64,000 nucleotides of DNA from an uncultured Thermococci archaeon (lineage in GTDB: Archaea > Methanobacteriota_B > Thermococci > Methanofastidiosales > B48-G16): the NCBI GenBank assembly GCA_964595645.1, contig CAZQQT010000002.1:128001-192000 (forward strand), read 5' to 3'. How positions within the stretch are numbered: the stretch's first letter is position 1; every line of letters begins with the position of its first letter. The translations under genes and the position numbers were made by a program. The notes under the pieces were generated by a model. The model searched no databases. It had not been told where the DNA came from and was given only the letters and a program-made list of their open reading frames with translations. Below, in pieces: positions 19,189-29,788 of this stretch.

Positions 19189-21056
19189 GAGGTTATACCG
19201 GGAAATTATTGGAAATCGATCTTTCTTGTGGTGAGATTAAGGAGATAAGCTTTCCCAATAAAGTTTTAAAAAATTACATTGGTGGTAGAGGACTTGGCAC
19301 CAAAATACTGTGGGATAGACTTGGAGAACAGTGGGAGATGGTCGATCCGTTCGGTCCAGAAAATGTTCTGCTCGTACTTACAGGCCCCTTAACAGGATAT
19401 CTGCTAGGGGCCAAGACCTGTGTATCGGGCAAATCCCCCCAACATAATGCGGTGATAGGCTCGACTGTTGCGGGAGAATTTGGCATAGATCTTAAGTGTG
19501 CGGGATACGATGGTCTGATAATAAAGGGAAAAGCTGAAAAACCATGCTATATTTTTATATGCGACGATACAATTGAAATAAAAGATGCAACAGATATTTG
19601 GGGTAAAAAAGCAAGAGAAACCCTGCACCATTTGGTCAAAAGATCGATTGAAGAAATTAAGGAGATCAGACCTAATTATGGAGAAGCAAAAGAACCTTCA
19701 ATCCTCTATGTAGGTCCTGCTGGAGAAAAACAAACAAGAACTGCAGCTGTTCTTTCTAAATATTCCCACGCAGCAGGATACGGAGGGTATGGAGGTGTGA
19801 TGGGATCTAAAAACCTGAAAGCCATAGTTGTGAAGGGATTTGGTCCACTTCCATCGGTCCATGAGAGGAAAAAGATGCTGGATCTAGACCAGAAATTCTC
19901 AAAAAAAGAGCTGAAAAGAGAAGAATTTAGACGATGGGGAACAGGCGGTGGAGGGTATTTCTTTGGAGCCGAAACAAGTTCTGAACCTATACGAAACTGG
20001 CAGGAAGAGTGGCACAATAAAGAAAGCTACAGAAGAGAAGAATTTGATAACTATTGGGTTAAAAAGTACTGGGGTGACTTTGGCTGCCCAGTGACATGTT
20101 TGAAACTTTCAGTGTTAAAAAAAGGAAAATACCGTGGAGCGATATGTGACAATCCCGATTATGAGTTACAGTCCTATCTGGGAACGAACCTTGGAATATT
20201 TAGGCCTGAAGATAACATCTACCTCTCCTTTCTCATCAACGAGCTTGGATTGTGCGCGATCCAAGCTGGGGCGGTCATGGGACTTTCAGCAGAGTTATAT
20301 GAAAAGGGAATACTGACTAAGGAAGATCTGGATGGCTTGGAACTTGAATGGGGAAACACCGATGCTTTTGCAGCTTTAGCTAAAAAAATTGCGTTTAGAG
20401 AGGGAATAGGAGATATTTTAGCTGAAGGTGTTTATAGGGCAGCGTTAAAACTTGGCAAGATGAAAAATAGGGATTTGCAGAAGTATGTTGTCCATGAGAA
20501 GGGTGTAGGCATCGGAGCCCACGGCGTGAGGAGTGGCGACGATTACGTCGTGCAGAACATTTCCTACGCATGCTCTGTTCAGGCCGGCGATCACACGTCA
20601 GGTGCATCTCTTCCATCACATGAGGGCGGTGAACTTCTCACGATATTCCATGATTCAGGGGTGCACTGCTTCTTCAGTACAGGACAGTTGGATGATTCGG
20701 AACTGTTTGAATTCTACGAGGCTGTCACAGGGTGGAAACTTGATAAGGAGAAATGGTACAATAGGAGAGCCCTGAGAATACTGCAGCTCCAGCGGGCTAT
20801 GTTGTTGCTAGGCGGCCCTGATCATAGATGGAATCCAGATCAGGATGATGACAATCCGCCAAAGTTTTGGGAGCCTTTACCCTCAGGCCCCTACGAGGGA
20901 AAAACTGTGGACAGGCAAGCATTCGAGGATGATAAACATGAGTACTACAACTCAGTCGGCTGGGACGAAAAAGGAGTACCGACACCGGAAGTACTCCAAG
21001 AGCTCGGTTTAGAAGATGTAGAATCGAAGCTTAGCGACGTAGGGCTGATCGAGTAG
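19185..21056 (+). CDS. Tungsten aldehyde:ferredoxin oxidoreductase family protein (two-subunit WOR5/GOR-like)
   Basis: YIGGRGLG, GKSP, LKCAGYDG, GPAGE, VMGSKNLKAI, EYY...GWD..GVP. Confidence 0.88.
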   Translation: MRGYTGKLLEIDLSCGEIKEISFPNKVLKNYIGGRGLGTKILWDRLGEQWEMVDPFGPENVLLVLTGPLTGYLLGAKTCVSGKSPQHNAVIGSTVAGEFGIDLKCAGYDGLIIKGKAEKPCYIFICDDTIEIKDATDIWGKKARETLHHLVKRSIEEIKEIRPNYGEAKEPSILYVGPAGEKQTRTAAVLSKYSHAAGYGGYGGVMGSKNLKAIVVKGFGPLPSVHERKKMLDLDQKFSKKELKREEFRRWGTGGGGYFFGAETSSEPIRNWQEEWHNKESYRREEFDNYWVKKYWGDFGCPVTCLKLSVLKKGKYRGAICDNPDYELQSYLGTNLGIFRPEDNIYLSFLINELGLCAIQAGAVMGLSAELYEKGILTKEDLDGLELEWGNTDAFAALAKKIAFREGIGDILAEGVYRAALKLGKMKNRDLQKYVVHEKGVGIGAHGVRSGDDYVVQNISYACSVQAGDHTSGASLPSHEGGELLTIFHDSGVHCFFSTGQLDDSELFEFYEAVTGWKLDKEKWYNRRALRILQLQRAMLLLGGPDHRWNPDQDDDNPPKFWEPLPSGPYEGKTVDRQAFEDDKHEYYNSVGWDEKGVPTPEVLQELGLEDVESKLSDVGLIE

Positions 21057-21108
21057 ATCAGTTCGGCCTACAAAAACACTATTTAATTTTTAATTTCTAT
21101 ACAAAGTC

Positions 21109-21576
21109 ATGTTTCTCGGAATCGATCTCGCCGGTACAAAAGAAAATACCACAGGCCTAGCGTGTCTCAACGATGAGTTTTTTGTGACCTCCGTTCACAC
21201 CGATGAGGATATTTTGGACTTTATCGAAACGCATGCACCAACGGTAACTGCCATCGATGCTCCGCTTTCATTCCATGGCAAGCCTTTTAGAGATGGCGAT
21301 CAGGAGCTACAAAAAGAGTATAGTATATTACCATTAACCTTTAAAGGAATGCGAAAGCTCACTCAACGAGGAATAAAACTCAAAGAGAAGATTGCAGGGA
21401 CAGTGATAGAGACGTACCCCTATGCCTCACGGAAAAAGATAAAAGATAGGATTTTCACACAGTATACTGACAATATCCACGAAGAAGATGCGTTGATATC
21501 AGCCTTTGTTGCGAGAGCGTACTATTATAATACCGCTCGATGTTACGGCAACCAAGACAGGATATATATCCTGTAG
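21109..21576 (+). CDS. DUF429 family protein (predicted RNase H-like nuclease)
   Basis: GIDLAG, AIDAPLS, ETYP, DAL motifs. Confidence 0.75.
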   Translation: MFLGIDLAGTKENTTGLACLNDEFFVTSVHTDEDILDFIETHAPTVTAIDAPLSFHGKPFRDGDQELQKEYSILPLTFKGMRKLTQRGIKLKEKIAGTVIETYPYASRKKIKDRIFTQYTDNIHEEDALISAFVARAYYYNTARCYGNQDRIYIL

Positions 21577-21855
21577 GTCTCTAGATCTAAATTAGCTATA
21601 TTTGAATATATTCTTTAAAATATCTTTTCTCCACTTTTTAATATAAATGTTTTTTATAAAGAAAAGAAGGCCTAATATTGAATTAATGATTGATAAGATG
21701 ACATAAATCATCTTAAAATATTATTCCACGAAAAATAGCATTCAGTTGTGTATAAAAAGCGCATAGAAAACCGAAAACTTTATAAACCCGAGATCTAGAT
21801 CTATTACAAACGGACGAGTTAATAATGAAATGTATAGTAAATGATAGAGGATCAT

Positions 21856-22386
21856 ATGAGAATAAAGAAAAGGGTTGCAATTGTAATAACATTCTCTCTT
21901 TTTATTTTAAGTGGTGTAGTCTTCAATGGAGTTCATGGAGCGGCCTTCGATGGAAGAATTAACTACATCCACGTGAACGGTGCAGATAATCCAGAAGGGG
22001 ATCTCGTGGTTACCGTCGAGCTTGAGTGTGTTGGAAACCCTATCAGTCAGTCCTCGGCCTCAATTGATGTGACTTGCAGTTGTGATTCTTCTTGGTCGTT
22101 GAGTAAATATGACTGCAAAAGAAATATTCGGATGTCACCAGACGGTACAAGCGGACCACAGATTAGAACACTTACTTGGACAATTCCTGCTTCGGCACTT
22201 CCGTGTCAGGGTGATTATACCGTGTGTGTATACTGGGATAGAAGCAATAATTGTACACGAGGAAAATTGATCTGCGGCGCTGAATGTGCTACCGATTACT
22301 CCGTTCCGTCGTTAGGAACCGGACTGTTTGTGGTGTTTTTAGCTGTTCTCGTGGCACTCTCTTTCTGGAGCGTGAGACAATGGTAA
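21856..22386 (+). CDS. Secreted Cys-rich protein with C-terminal sorting signal (VPSL + TM + basic residue)
   Basis: N-terminal signal peptide; C-terminus VPSLGTGLFVVFLAVLVALSFWSVRQW; overlaps the exosortase start. Confidence 0.7.
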   Translation: MRIKKRVAIVITFSLFILSGVVFNGVHGAAFDGRINYIHVNGADNPEGDLVVTVELECVGNPISQSSASIDVTCSCDSSWSLSKYDCKRNIRMSPDGTSGPQIRTLTWTIPASALPCQGDYTVCVYWDRSNNCTRGKLICGAECATDYSVPSLGTGLFVVFLAVLVALSFWSVRQW

Positions 22387-22982
22387 CCACACTCGCGTTT
22401 CTTCTGTTCCTCGTCTTGTACATCGGTGTGGTGATATTCTTCCGAATGAAAAAGATGTGGTTTCCCTACTTTTTAGTAGGAGCCTTTGGGCTTACGTTTA
22501 TTATTATCTTCACACTTGTTACTCTTGGTCTTGATGAGCGAATCGGTAGCATCGAGATCGGCCACGTAAATACCCTCTCGCACGTCTTCGGTGTTGATAC
22601 GCGTGTATTCGACGGTACGGACCTTGCTGTTCCCGATCCCACAGGATGGAGTATTCTGTCCATCAATGTGGAGTGTTCTGGTATTCTTGAATCTGCAACA
22701 ATCTTCTCCTTGCTGCTGTTTTATCCAGCTTTTTTTGTCCCGAAAAAGATTTTTTTGATTACAATTGGAATGATTTTCACTTATATTGCCAATCTTGCGC
22801 GAATGCTTCTCATAGTTGGGATCACCACTGTATACGGGAAAGATATGGTATATTTTGCACATGCGGTACTGGGAAGGGTAGTTTTTTTCCTATTGGTCGT
22901 AGGTATTTACTGGTACTTCGTCACACGACCTTCACTGGGTGTGGTGTATAAGAGAGCGCAGGAGGTGACTCACTATGAATGA
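22380..22982 (+). CDS. Exosortase/archaeosortase family protein, XrtG-like
   Basis: Multi-TM protein with catalytic Cys (ECSG), Arg (ANLAR) and His (FAH); start MVTTLAF at 22380. Confidence 0.85.
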   Translation: MVTTLAFLLFLVLYIGVVIFFRMKKMWFPYFLVGAFGLTFIIIFTLVTLGLDERIGSIEIGHVNTLSHVFGVDTRVFDGTDLAVPDPTGWSILSINVECSGILESATIFSLLLFYPAFFVPKKIFLITIGMIFTYIANLARMLLIVGITTVYGKDMVYFAHAVLGRVVFFLLVVGIYWYFVTRPSLGVVYKRAQEVTHYE

Positions 22983-24282
22983 AACAATGATATTTCTGTT
23001 AGTATGGGGAATTTTTATTTTCATTCCTATATTTGTGGACCTTACCGGGACACTCATTAAATTAATCACCATCACGTTCTGGCGGCAGAAGAATCCTCCT
23101 ATCCCGCAGGGAGAATACCCTACTGTGTCTGTGGTGATTCCTGCGTACAATGAGGAAAAAAGTATCGAACGATGTCTCACCTCGATAAAGAACCAGGACT
23201 ATCCACGGGACAAGTTGGAAGTCCTGATTATTGACGATGGATCTACAGATAAAACACGGGACGTGATCAACGGCTTTAAGCATGTGCAGCTGTATAAAAA
23301 CGGACATAATGGCAAGGCATTCGCCTTAAATACAGGAATCAATGAAGCGAGAGGAGATATTATCATTACCATGGATGCAGATACTATCATTGAGAGTACG
23401 ACAATACGAGAGATGGTCTACGAGTTCATGAGAGATGAGGAGCTCGCAGCGGCAAGTGGTAACATCACCATTGACTGGAAAGAAAAAGATCGTCCCCTAC
23501 GAGAGAAGTTCTTCATTAAATGTGAGTTTTTAGAGTACCTCAATGCCTTTCGTTTAGGGAGAGAGTATCAGAGCATCCTGGGCATACTCTACACGTTGTC
23601 GGGAGCCTTTTCCGCATTTCGATCGAAGTACCTCAAGAGAATACAATATGACGATCGTACACTCACGGAGGATTTTGATCTCTCCGTAACGCTCCATCGA
23701 GAAAAGGCGAAGATCAAATATGCGTCTCGGGCACTCGCCTATGTGGAGCCAAAGGTTTCCTGGGAGAAACTGTACAGTCAGCGGGTGCGCTGGAGAAGCG
23801 GCCAGATGGAGGTATGTTCGTTGAATAAAGATCTCGTAGGAAAACGAAAGTACGGAACATTCGGATCCCTCGGCCTCCCATTTTTACTGGTGACTGATCA
23901 TACACTCGCATTTCCAAGGATTATCTGGACATTCTTGGTGCCAATATTCCCCCTCTTCGGATATCCATACCGGTTCATTTTCTACGCCGTACTGCTGATG
24001 TATTTATTCTATGTCTTCCTGGATCTACTCCAGACATCTGTCGCATACCTTATCGTCAACGAGAGAATCAAACCGAAAATAGAACGTTCTTTCCTGTACT
24101 GTTTCCTCACGCCGTTTTACCGGATTATTGTGTTCTACTTCAAGATGTCGGCATATATCAATGTCTTGAAGAAAAAGGCGGAATGGAAGACGGAGAGTCC
24201 CAAAGTCGTATTCAAAAACGGTGTCAAAAAAGTTGCATTCCTGAACTCAGTCCTCTCAATCTTTAGAACAAAAGATCAATAA
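22975..24282 (+). CDS. Membrane GT2 glycosyltransferase (exosortase-G-associated type)
   Basis: IPAYNEE, DDGS, GKAFALN, DAD, TED, QRVRW processive motif. Confidence 0.85.
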   Translation: MNETMIFLLVWGIFIFIPIFVDLTGTLIKLITITFWRQKNPPIPQGEYPTVSVVIPAYNEEKSIERCLTSIKNQDYPRDKLEVLIIDDGSTDKTRDVINGFKHVQLYKNGHNGKAFALNTGINEARGDIIITMDADTIIESTTIREMVYEFMRDEELAAASGNITIDWKEKDRPLREKFFIKCEFLEYLNAFRLGREYQSILGILYTLSGAFSAFRSKYLKRIQYDDRTLTEDFDLSVTLHREKAKIKYASRALAYVEPKVSWEKLYSQRVRWRSGQMEVCSLNKDLVGKRKYGTFGSLGLPFLLVTDHTLAFPRIIWTFLVPIFPLFGYPYRFIFYAVLLMYLFYVFLDLLQTSVAYLIVNERIKPKIERSFLYCFLTPFYRIIVFYFKMSAYINVLKKKAEWKTESPKVVFKNGVKKVAFLNSVLSIFRTKDQ

Positions 24283-24304
24283 ACTATCTCGGACGAAGAA
24301 CTTT

Positions 24305-26728
24305 ATGAAGCTGCCTTATGACCGCGTGAAGAATATAGCGCCACTCATTCTGATCTGGATTGTTCTCATCATTCTTTTTTCGAGAACATTCAATAATGGT
24401 GTACCCCCTGGTATCGATACGCTTGGACATCTTGCCAAGGTGCAGTATCTCGGCGAACATTTTAAAGAGACAGGCGAAATTGCTTCGTGGATGCCTCACT
24501 GGTACTGTGGATTTCCTGTGCTAAAATATTACCCTCCCCTCTGGTATATTATCGCGATACCTATTTTTTACACTCTCCGTGATGTGTTTCTCACCTATAA
24601 TTTTTTCGTGATATTGTGGGCAATTTTAGCAAGTTCAGTTGTTTTTTTTACTGTTAAAAGAAAATTAGATTTTTTATCTGCATTATTCTGCGCATTTTTC
24701 TTTGCTATAGCTCCCTTTACCATAAGAGAGCTTTTTTATATAGGAGGGATCCCACGGCTTTTCGCCATTTTGTTTTTTCCACTTTGTTTTTATTTTACAC
24801 AGGAACTTTTCAAAACAACAAATTTAAGAAGAGTAATCATTTTTCTATCGATTTCTTTTTTATTTTACATCCTCTTTCATGCCATGACTGCATTTTTCTC
24901 CATGACAACCCTCATGGTATATATCGGATTTAAATGCATACTTGAAAAAAAAGTATATCTAAAGCAGATCGGTTCATATCTTACTTCTGTTGGAATAAGT
25001 GTGATACTTTCTGCGTGGTGGCTTTTTCCTGCATATCTTGAGCGATTTGGAACCTTTTCCTCTGAAGAAGCAATTCAAACAACTTCAATTTATTTAAAAG
25101 AAATTTTAGGCATGAATTTCCATCTTTTTGGTGAAATAGGAAGTAGATACCTCGGAGTCTCCATTCTTCTTTTTGCATTGATTTCTCTCTACATATCAAC
25201 TAATAAAGAAAAAATGGCTATCTTTCTTACAGCTTTATATTGTGTTTTTTTCTCGTTAGGTACACGTACAGCATTTTATAATATTCCATTTTATTCTCAA
25301 CTATTTTTTCCCGAAAGAGCACTTAGCGATGCAACTTTTTTGCTGATATTTCTTTCCTCAACACTTTTCTTAGAAATCAAAAATATAAAAACCAAAAAAA
25401 GGTACATCATCGGAGGAGTTCTCATTGCCATATGCATATTAGATTTCTTTCCATCTTTTCAATTGAGCGATAGGTGGGAAGAGCCGGAAAATGTTATTAA
25501 CGCTACTAAAATGGCTAACATGGGGGGAAGAATTTCTTTAATATCACATAATGCTGCAAAAGCGTTCTATCCCGTTTTTTTAGATAGAAAAAGCGTTGAA
25601 GGTTATTATATCCAGGGTACACGCCATCATAAAGAACTTGCTGGTATCAATGATGCATTACAGTATAAATGGTATGATTATATACTTAAAAGGTACAATA
25701 AGTGGAACGTGCACTGTGTAGCAGTCTCACAACATAATGAATTTAGCAGCTTTCTGGAGAAAAATGGATTTTCAAAAACATCTTCAACTGACAATCTTGA
25801 TCTTTACTGCAGAAGCACCGGTTCATATGTGTATCCTCTTGAGAAGACTGCGATCGTTATCGGGAAATACAGTCAAACAGTATCAATGGTTTTTCCAGAG
25901 ATCGCGGAGGGATACTCCGAATATCTCGATGACTACGATATAGACTATCTAAAAAAATTCGATATGCTCATCCTTTCTGGATTCTCCTTCCACAAGAAAG
26001 AGAATGCAGAAGCAATGATTTCTGAGTTAGTTGCCGAGGATGTGAAAGTGATAATAGATCTACAGGGTGCAAATGTCAACTGGCAGGAGAGTTCACCTTC
26101 TTTTTTAGGCGTCAACGCCATGAGCATAGATGTGGAAGGAACTGTAGATCTCGAAACTGAAGAACTAGAAGATTTCATCTTCGAGCCGTTTTATTATAAA
26201 GGGGATGCATGGCGCTCTGTGGCATACCTTGGACTGGAGAATAGCATCCTAAACATTAAAAAAGAAAATGAATCATATACGATTCTTGGATATAACGTCA
26301 TCAATGGAAAAAAAGTCTATTATGTAGGACTTAACTTGTTTTACCACACGCTTCTCACTCACGATAAGGATGCAAAGAGAGTGTTAGAAACAATAGTACA
26401 GCCTCAGGAATCACATTCTACAAAAATAGAACTTAGAAATTTTGCAATGGGAAACGAATCTATCGAGTTTGAGTATCTATTAGGTGTACCCACATCTACT
26501 GTAGTAAGTGTCACATGGTCTCCGAACTGGAGAGCGTATGTGAATGGCGAAGAAATAAAAGTACAGAACTTTGAGAATCTCATTTTACTCAACTTGCCCG
26601 CAGGTGACCACAAGGTGACGATAGAACAGAGAAGGACAACTCTTGAAATATTCTCTTTTGTTATCACGATCTTAGCATTTTTATTTGTGTTCATTCTATT
26701 TTTGACTAGTGTGTATAAAAAATCATAA
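24305..26728 (+). CDS. Multi-pass membrane protein, PTPS-related/YfhO-like (probable GT-C)
   Basis: D..GH, W...WYCG.P...YYPP, about 12 TM, PER motif, C-terminal W.PNWRAYVNG...LPAG.H domain. Confidence 0.65.
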   Translation: MKLPYDRVKNIAPLILIWIVLIILFSRTFNNGVPPGIDTLGHLAKVQYLGEHFKETGEIASWMPHWYCGFPVLKYYPPLWYIIAIPIFYTLRDVFLTYNFFVILWAILASSVVFFTVKRKLDFLSALFCAFFFAIAPFTIRELFYIGGIPRLFAILFFPLCFYFTQELFKTTNLRRVIIFLSISFLFYILFHAMTAFFSMTTLMVYIGFKCILEKKVYLKQIGSYLTSVGISVILSAWWLFPAYLERFGTFSSEEAIQTTSIYLKEILGMNFHLFGEIGSRYLGVSILLFALISLYISTNKEKMAIFLTALYCVFFSLGTRTAFYNIPFYSQLFFPERALSDATFLLIFLSSTLFLEIKNIKTKKRYIIGGVLIAICILDFFPSFQLSDRWEEPENVINATKMANMGGRISLISHNAAKAFYPVFLDRKSVEGYYIQGTRHHKELAGINDALQYKWYDYILKRYNKWNVHCVAVSQHNEFSSFLEKNGFSKTSSTDNLDLYCRSTGSYVYPLEKTAIVIGKYSQTVSMVFPEIAEGYSEYLDDYDIDYLKKFDMLILSGFSFHKKENAEAMISELVAEDVKVIIDLQGANVNWQESSPSFLGVNAMSIDVEGTVDLETEELEDFIFEPFYYKGDAWRSVAYLGLENSILNIKKENESYTILGYNVINGKKVYYVGLNLFYHTLLTHDKDAKRVLETIVQPQESHSTKIELRNFAMGNESIEFEYLLGVPTSTVVSVTWSPNWRAYVNGEEIKVQNFENLILLNLPAGDHKVTIEQRRTTLEIFSFVITILAFLFVFILFLTSVYKKS

Positions 26729-27640
26729 AATATTCCTTATTTCCTTGATACCTGCAATTTCAACTGTGTAAAGAACGATCCTGTCCATAATAGCAAAAGC
26801 AAAAGCTCTTTCTGCTTCGATTCCTAGTGCAATGAATACTGCAGATACCGCTGTTTCTACCACACCAAGTCCTCCCACTGTAATAGGGAGAAAGGATAAT
26901 GAGATCACCACCGGCTGCAAAAATATGTACAGAACGGGAGAGAGACTAAAAGAAAGTGCCTTTCCGATGAATATCCATCGTGCTGAAGTAAAAATCCAAG
27001 AAGCGAGAGTTAAAATTATAATGTCTTTTTCCAGTGTTTTTTTATGAACTTTTTGAAAGTCATCGATTGCTGCCATAAAAAAATCTTTTTTGAATGGGAT
27101 TAACCTTATAAAATACTTTATTTTCTTTGATCGTGAGAAAACAATCAAGGCGACAAATATAAACAGAGAGAAGATCAATGCAACTCTAAGTACACTCTGG
27201 AGCTCTGGGAGTTGTAATGAGAGTATGAAGTACAGTATCAGTACAATGGCCAAAGAAAACCGCAGTAGGAAATCCAATACCTGTGTTGCGACAATCACTG
27301 TCAATATTTTTCCCTTATGAGTTTTCTTTTCTTTATAAAGAGGTGCTGTAACAGAGAGATACCCAATTTTTCCTGGTGTTATCTCTGCGAGTAACATACC
27401 AAGCATATTTGCCCAAAATATTTTTGAAAACAAAAATTCTACATTTAAATCAGAAAAAATGAGCTTTAATCTCCAACTTACTGCACAAAGTCCCAAAAGA
27501 TAGAAAAGTAAAGCGGGAATAAGCCACTCATATGTCATATTCGCGAAAATATCGGCTAAGTTTCTATATTCAAGGTTGAGTACTACAAGAGAGAGTATTC
27601 CTATACCTATCAGTAGTTTTACAACGGATTTTATTTTCAC
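26723..27640 (-). CDS. UPF0104/AglD2-like flippase-domain membrane protein
   Basis: Multi-TM; TPGKIG and PITVGGLGVVE motifs. Confidence 0.8.
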   Translation of the reverse strand: MKIKSVVKLLIGIGILSLVVLNLEYRNLADIFANMTYEWLIPALLFYLLGLCAVSWRLKLIFSDLNVEFLFSKIFWANMLGMLLAEITPGKIGYLSVTAPLYKEKKTHKGKILTVIVATQVLDFLLRFSLAIVLILYFILSLQLPELQSVLRVALIFSLFIFVALIVFSRSKKIKYFIRLIPFKKDFFMAAIDDFQKVHKKTLEKDIIILTLASWIFTSARWIFIGKALSFSLSPVLYIFLQPVVISLSFLPITVGGLGVVETAVSAVFIALGIEAERAFAFAIMDRIVLYTVEIAGIKEIRNIL

Positions 27641-28332
27641 TGCATCACTCTCAGTTTGAGTGCGAATACCAAATACGACATTAATGTTTTCAACGAGCCT
27701 CGAAACTTGGATTTTCCCATTTTTCTATTCTTCAACACTATAGGTATCTCAGCCATATTATCTCCCGGTATCTTCGCGACCATTTCTACCTGAATCATAA
27801 AATCATTTTTTTGGAGGGCGATCTGCCGCAAGGTCGTTGTATTTATCATACGGTATCCTGATGTAATATCATGAAGGGAAACATTGAGAATAACTCTCAT
27901 AAGTGCATTTCCTATCCTGCTGATAAGCTGTCTGAAGAGTGAAACGTTCTCCATACCCCCCCCAGGGATATACCGAGATCCTACAACAAAATCATGTTCT
28001 TCTATTTTTTCAAGAAAATTGGGGATATATACTGGGTCATGACTCATGTCGCCGTCCATGAAGAGTACAGTAGCATATTTTTCATTAGCGAATTTAATTC
28101 CTTCCTTTAATGCTCCACCAATTCCTTTATTTTTCTCATAAGAGACGATTTTTATATTCTGATATTTTTTCGATATTTTTTTTAATTCAGAGAGTGTTCC
28201 ATCAGTACTCCCATCGTTTATAGTTATAATATCAAATATTAGGTTATTGACATGAATAACTTTTTCTATATTTTCGACAAGTGGTTTTATATTATCTTCT
28301 TCATTGAAAAAAGGTATTATTATACAAAGCAA
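27637..28332 (-). CDS. Polyprenol-phosphate glycosyltransferase (DPM1-like GT2)
   Basis: IPFFNEE, DGSTDG, MDGDMSH, GSRY..GG, D.TSGYR, R..GKSK. Confidence 0.85.
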   Translation of the reverse strand: MLCIIIPFFNEEDNIKPLVENIEKVIHVNNLIFDIITINDGSTDGTLSELKKISKKYQNIKIVSYEKNKGIGGALKEGIKFANEKYATVLFMDGDMSHDPVYIPNFLEKIEEHDFVVGSRYIPGGGMENVSLFRQLISRIGNALMRVILNVSLHDITSGYRMINTTTLRQIALQKNDFMIQVEMVAKIPGDNMAEIPIVLKNRKMGKSKFRGSLKTLMSYLVFALKLRVMQ

Positions 28333-28460
28333 TCTATCATCTCTCTAAAAGAATAAATTTTTCATGTCCGTTTAGAATAGTACTTCTATTTATATTTTTC
28401 TGTCTACTAGAAAAAAAAAGGGAAAATAATTATTAACAGAAAGATTAAGCGATTTTCGAA

Positions 28461-29753
28461 TTATTTTAACCGCCGTGCAGCCATCTCGCAGGCAAGATAC
28501 ATCGGCTCGAACTCCGGTGACAGAGGAGGCGCGTAGCAATATTCTGTATTCGTGAGGTCGTGAACATCCATTCCATTCAGTATGGCGAGGCAGATAGCAT
28601 CCATTCGTCCGACGAGACCTTCACCAATCATCTGCGATCCGAGAACTTTTCCTTCTGTATCAGCGATAACCTTGACAATAATGTCTTCCCCCTCCATGTA
28701 CTCGGGTCGTGTCTCCCCTTTGTACCTCCCTTTTATAACTGCTATTCCTTCTGCCGCTGCTCTCGATTCTGTCAATCCTGTCGTTCCTATTTCAAGTCCG
28801 AACAACTTGGTGACAGCAGTGTTCAGCACAGGTCCAAATGTAGTATCTCTCCCAGCAATATTCTCAGCTACTATTTTCGCCTGTCGTACTGCCGTTGTTG
28901 CCAACTGGCTCATTATCGGTTTTTCCGTGATAAAATCTTCACACTCAACGCAATCCCCGCAGGCGTACACATCCTTTAGCGATGTTTCCATTCGTGCGTT
29001 GACCTGTATCCCCATATCTGTTTTTATGCCTGCCTTCTCAGCGAGAGCGATGTTTGCCCTGACACCGGCGGCAACGACCACGAGATCGCACGGAATTTTA
29101 CGTTCTTCGGTGTGCACCATCTCCCCGATGCGTTCGACCTTCTCATTGAGGTAGATAGTAAATCCATGGCGTTCCAAATGACGTTTTACACGGCGAGCCA
29201 TATCGTTATCGAGCATGACGGGCAGTACCCGATCGAGCATCTCCACCACGGTCACCTCGATATCGTGTTGCGCGAGTGCATCAGCCGTTTCCAGACCTAT
29301 TAGCCCTGCACCTATAATTACGGCTCTCTCTGCCCTTTGCATTTTTTTATGGATTTCCTTCGCGTCGTTCAGATCTTTGAATACAATAACCTTTTCAGCA
29401 TCGATGCCATCAATAGGGGGAGCAAAAGCGTAGCTTCCTGTTGCAAGGATTAATTTATCGTAATGCAGCTCTTCGTTGTCATAAATAATTTTTTTATTTT
29501 TAGCATCGATGTCTGTCACTTCTTTTCCCAAAACAAGATTGATTCCCATCTTCGTGTAGAATGATTCGTCCAACGTTTGGAGCGCGTCAAAGTCCTCCAC
29601 CTCCCCAGCGAGGACAAAGGGCATGCCGCAGGGGGAGTACTCTTTATATTCCTGTGCGTTTATAATCGTGATCTCAGCGTCTCGTTCTCTTTTCCGTATT
29701 TCTATGGCAGCACGAGTTCCTGCCGCTCCTCCACCTACTATAACGATATGCAT
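28461..29753 (-). CDS. NADH oxidase / CoA-disulfide reductase family flavoprotein
   Basis: GGGAAG, YSPCG redox Cys, GAGLIG, YAPP. Confidence 0.87.
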   Translation of the reverse strand: MHIVIVGGGAAGTRAAIEIRKRERDAEITIINAQEYKEYSPCGMPFVLAGEVEDFDALQTLDESFYTKMGINLVLGKEVTDIDAKNKKIIYDNEELHYDKLILATGSYAFAPPIDGIDAEKVIVFKDLNDAKEIHKKMQRAERAVIIGAGLIGLETADALAQHDIEVTVVEMLDRVLPVMLDNDMARRVKRHLERHGFTIYLNEKVERIGEMVHTEERKIPCDLVVVAAGVRANIALAEKAGIKTDMGIQVNARMETSLKDVYACGDCVECEDFITEKPIMSQLATTAVRQAKIVAENIAGRDTTFGPVLNTAVTKLFGLEIGTTGLTESRAAAEGIAVIKGRYKGETRPEYMEGEDIIVKVIADTEGKVLGSQMIGEGLVGRMDAICLAILNGMDVHDLTNTEYCYAPPLSPEFEPMYLACEMAARRLK

Positions 29754-29788
29754 ACTCTGGAATCGGTAGGAATTTTAATAAACTTACC

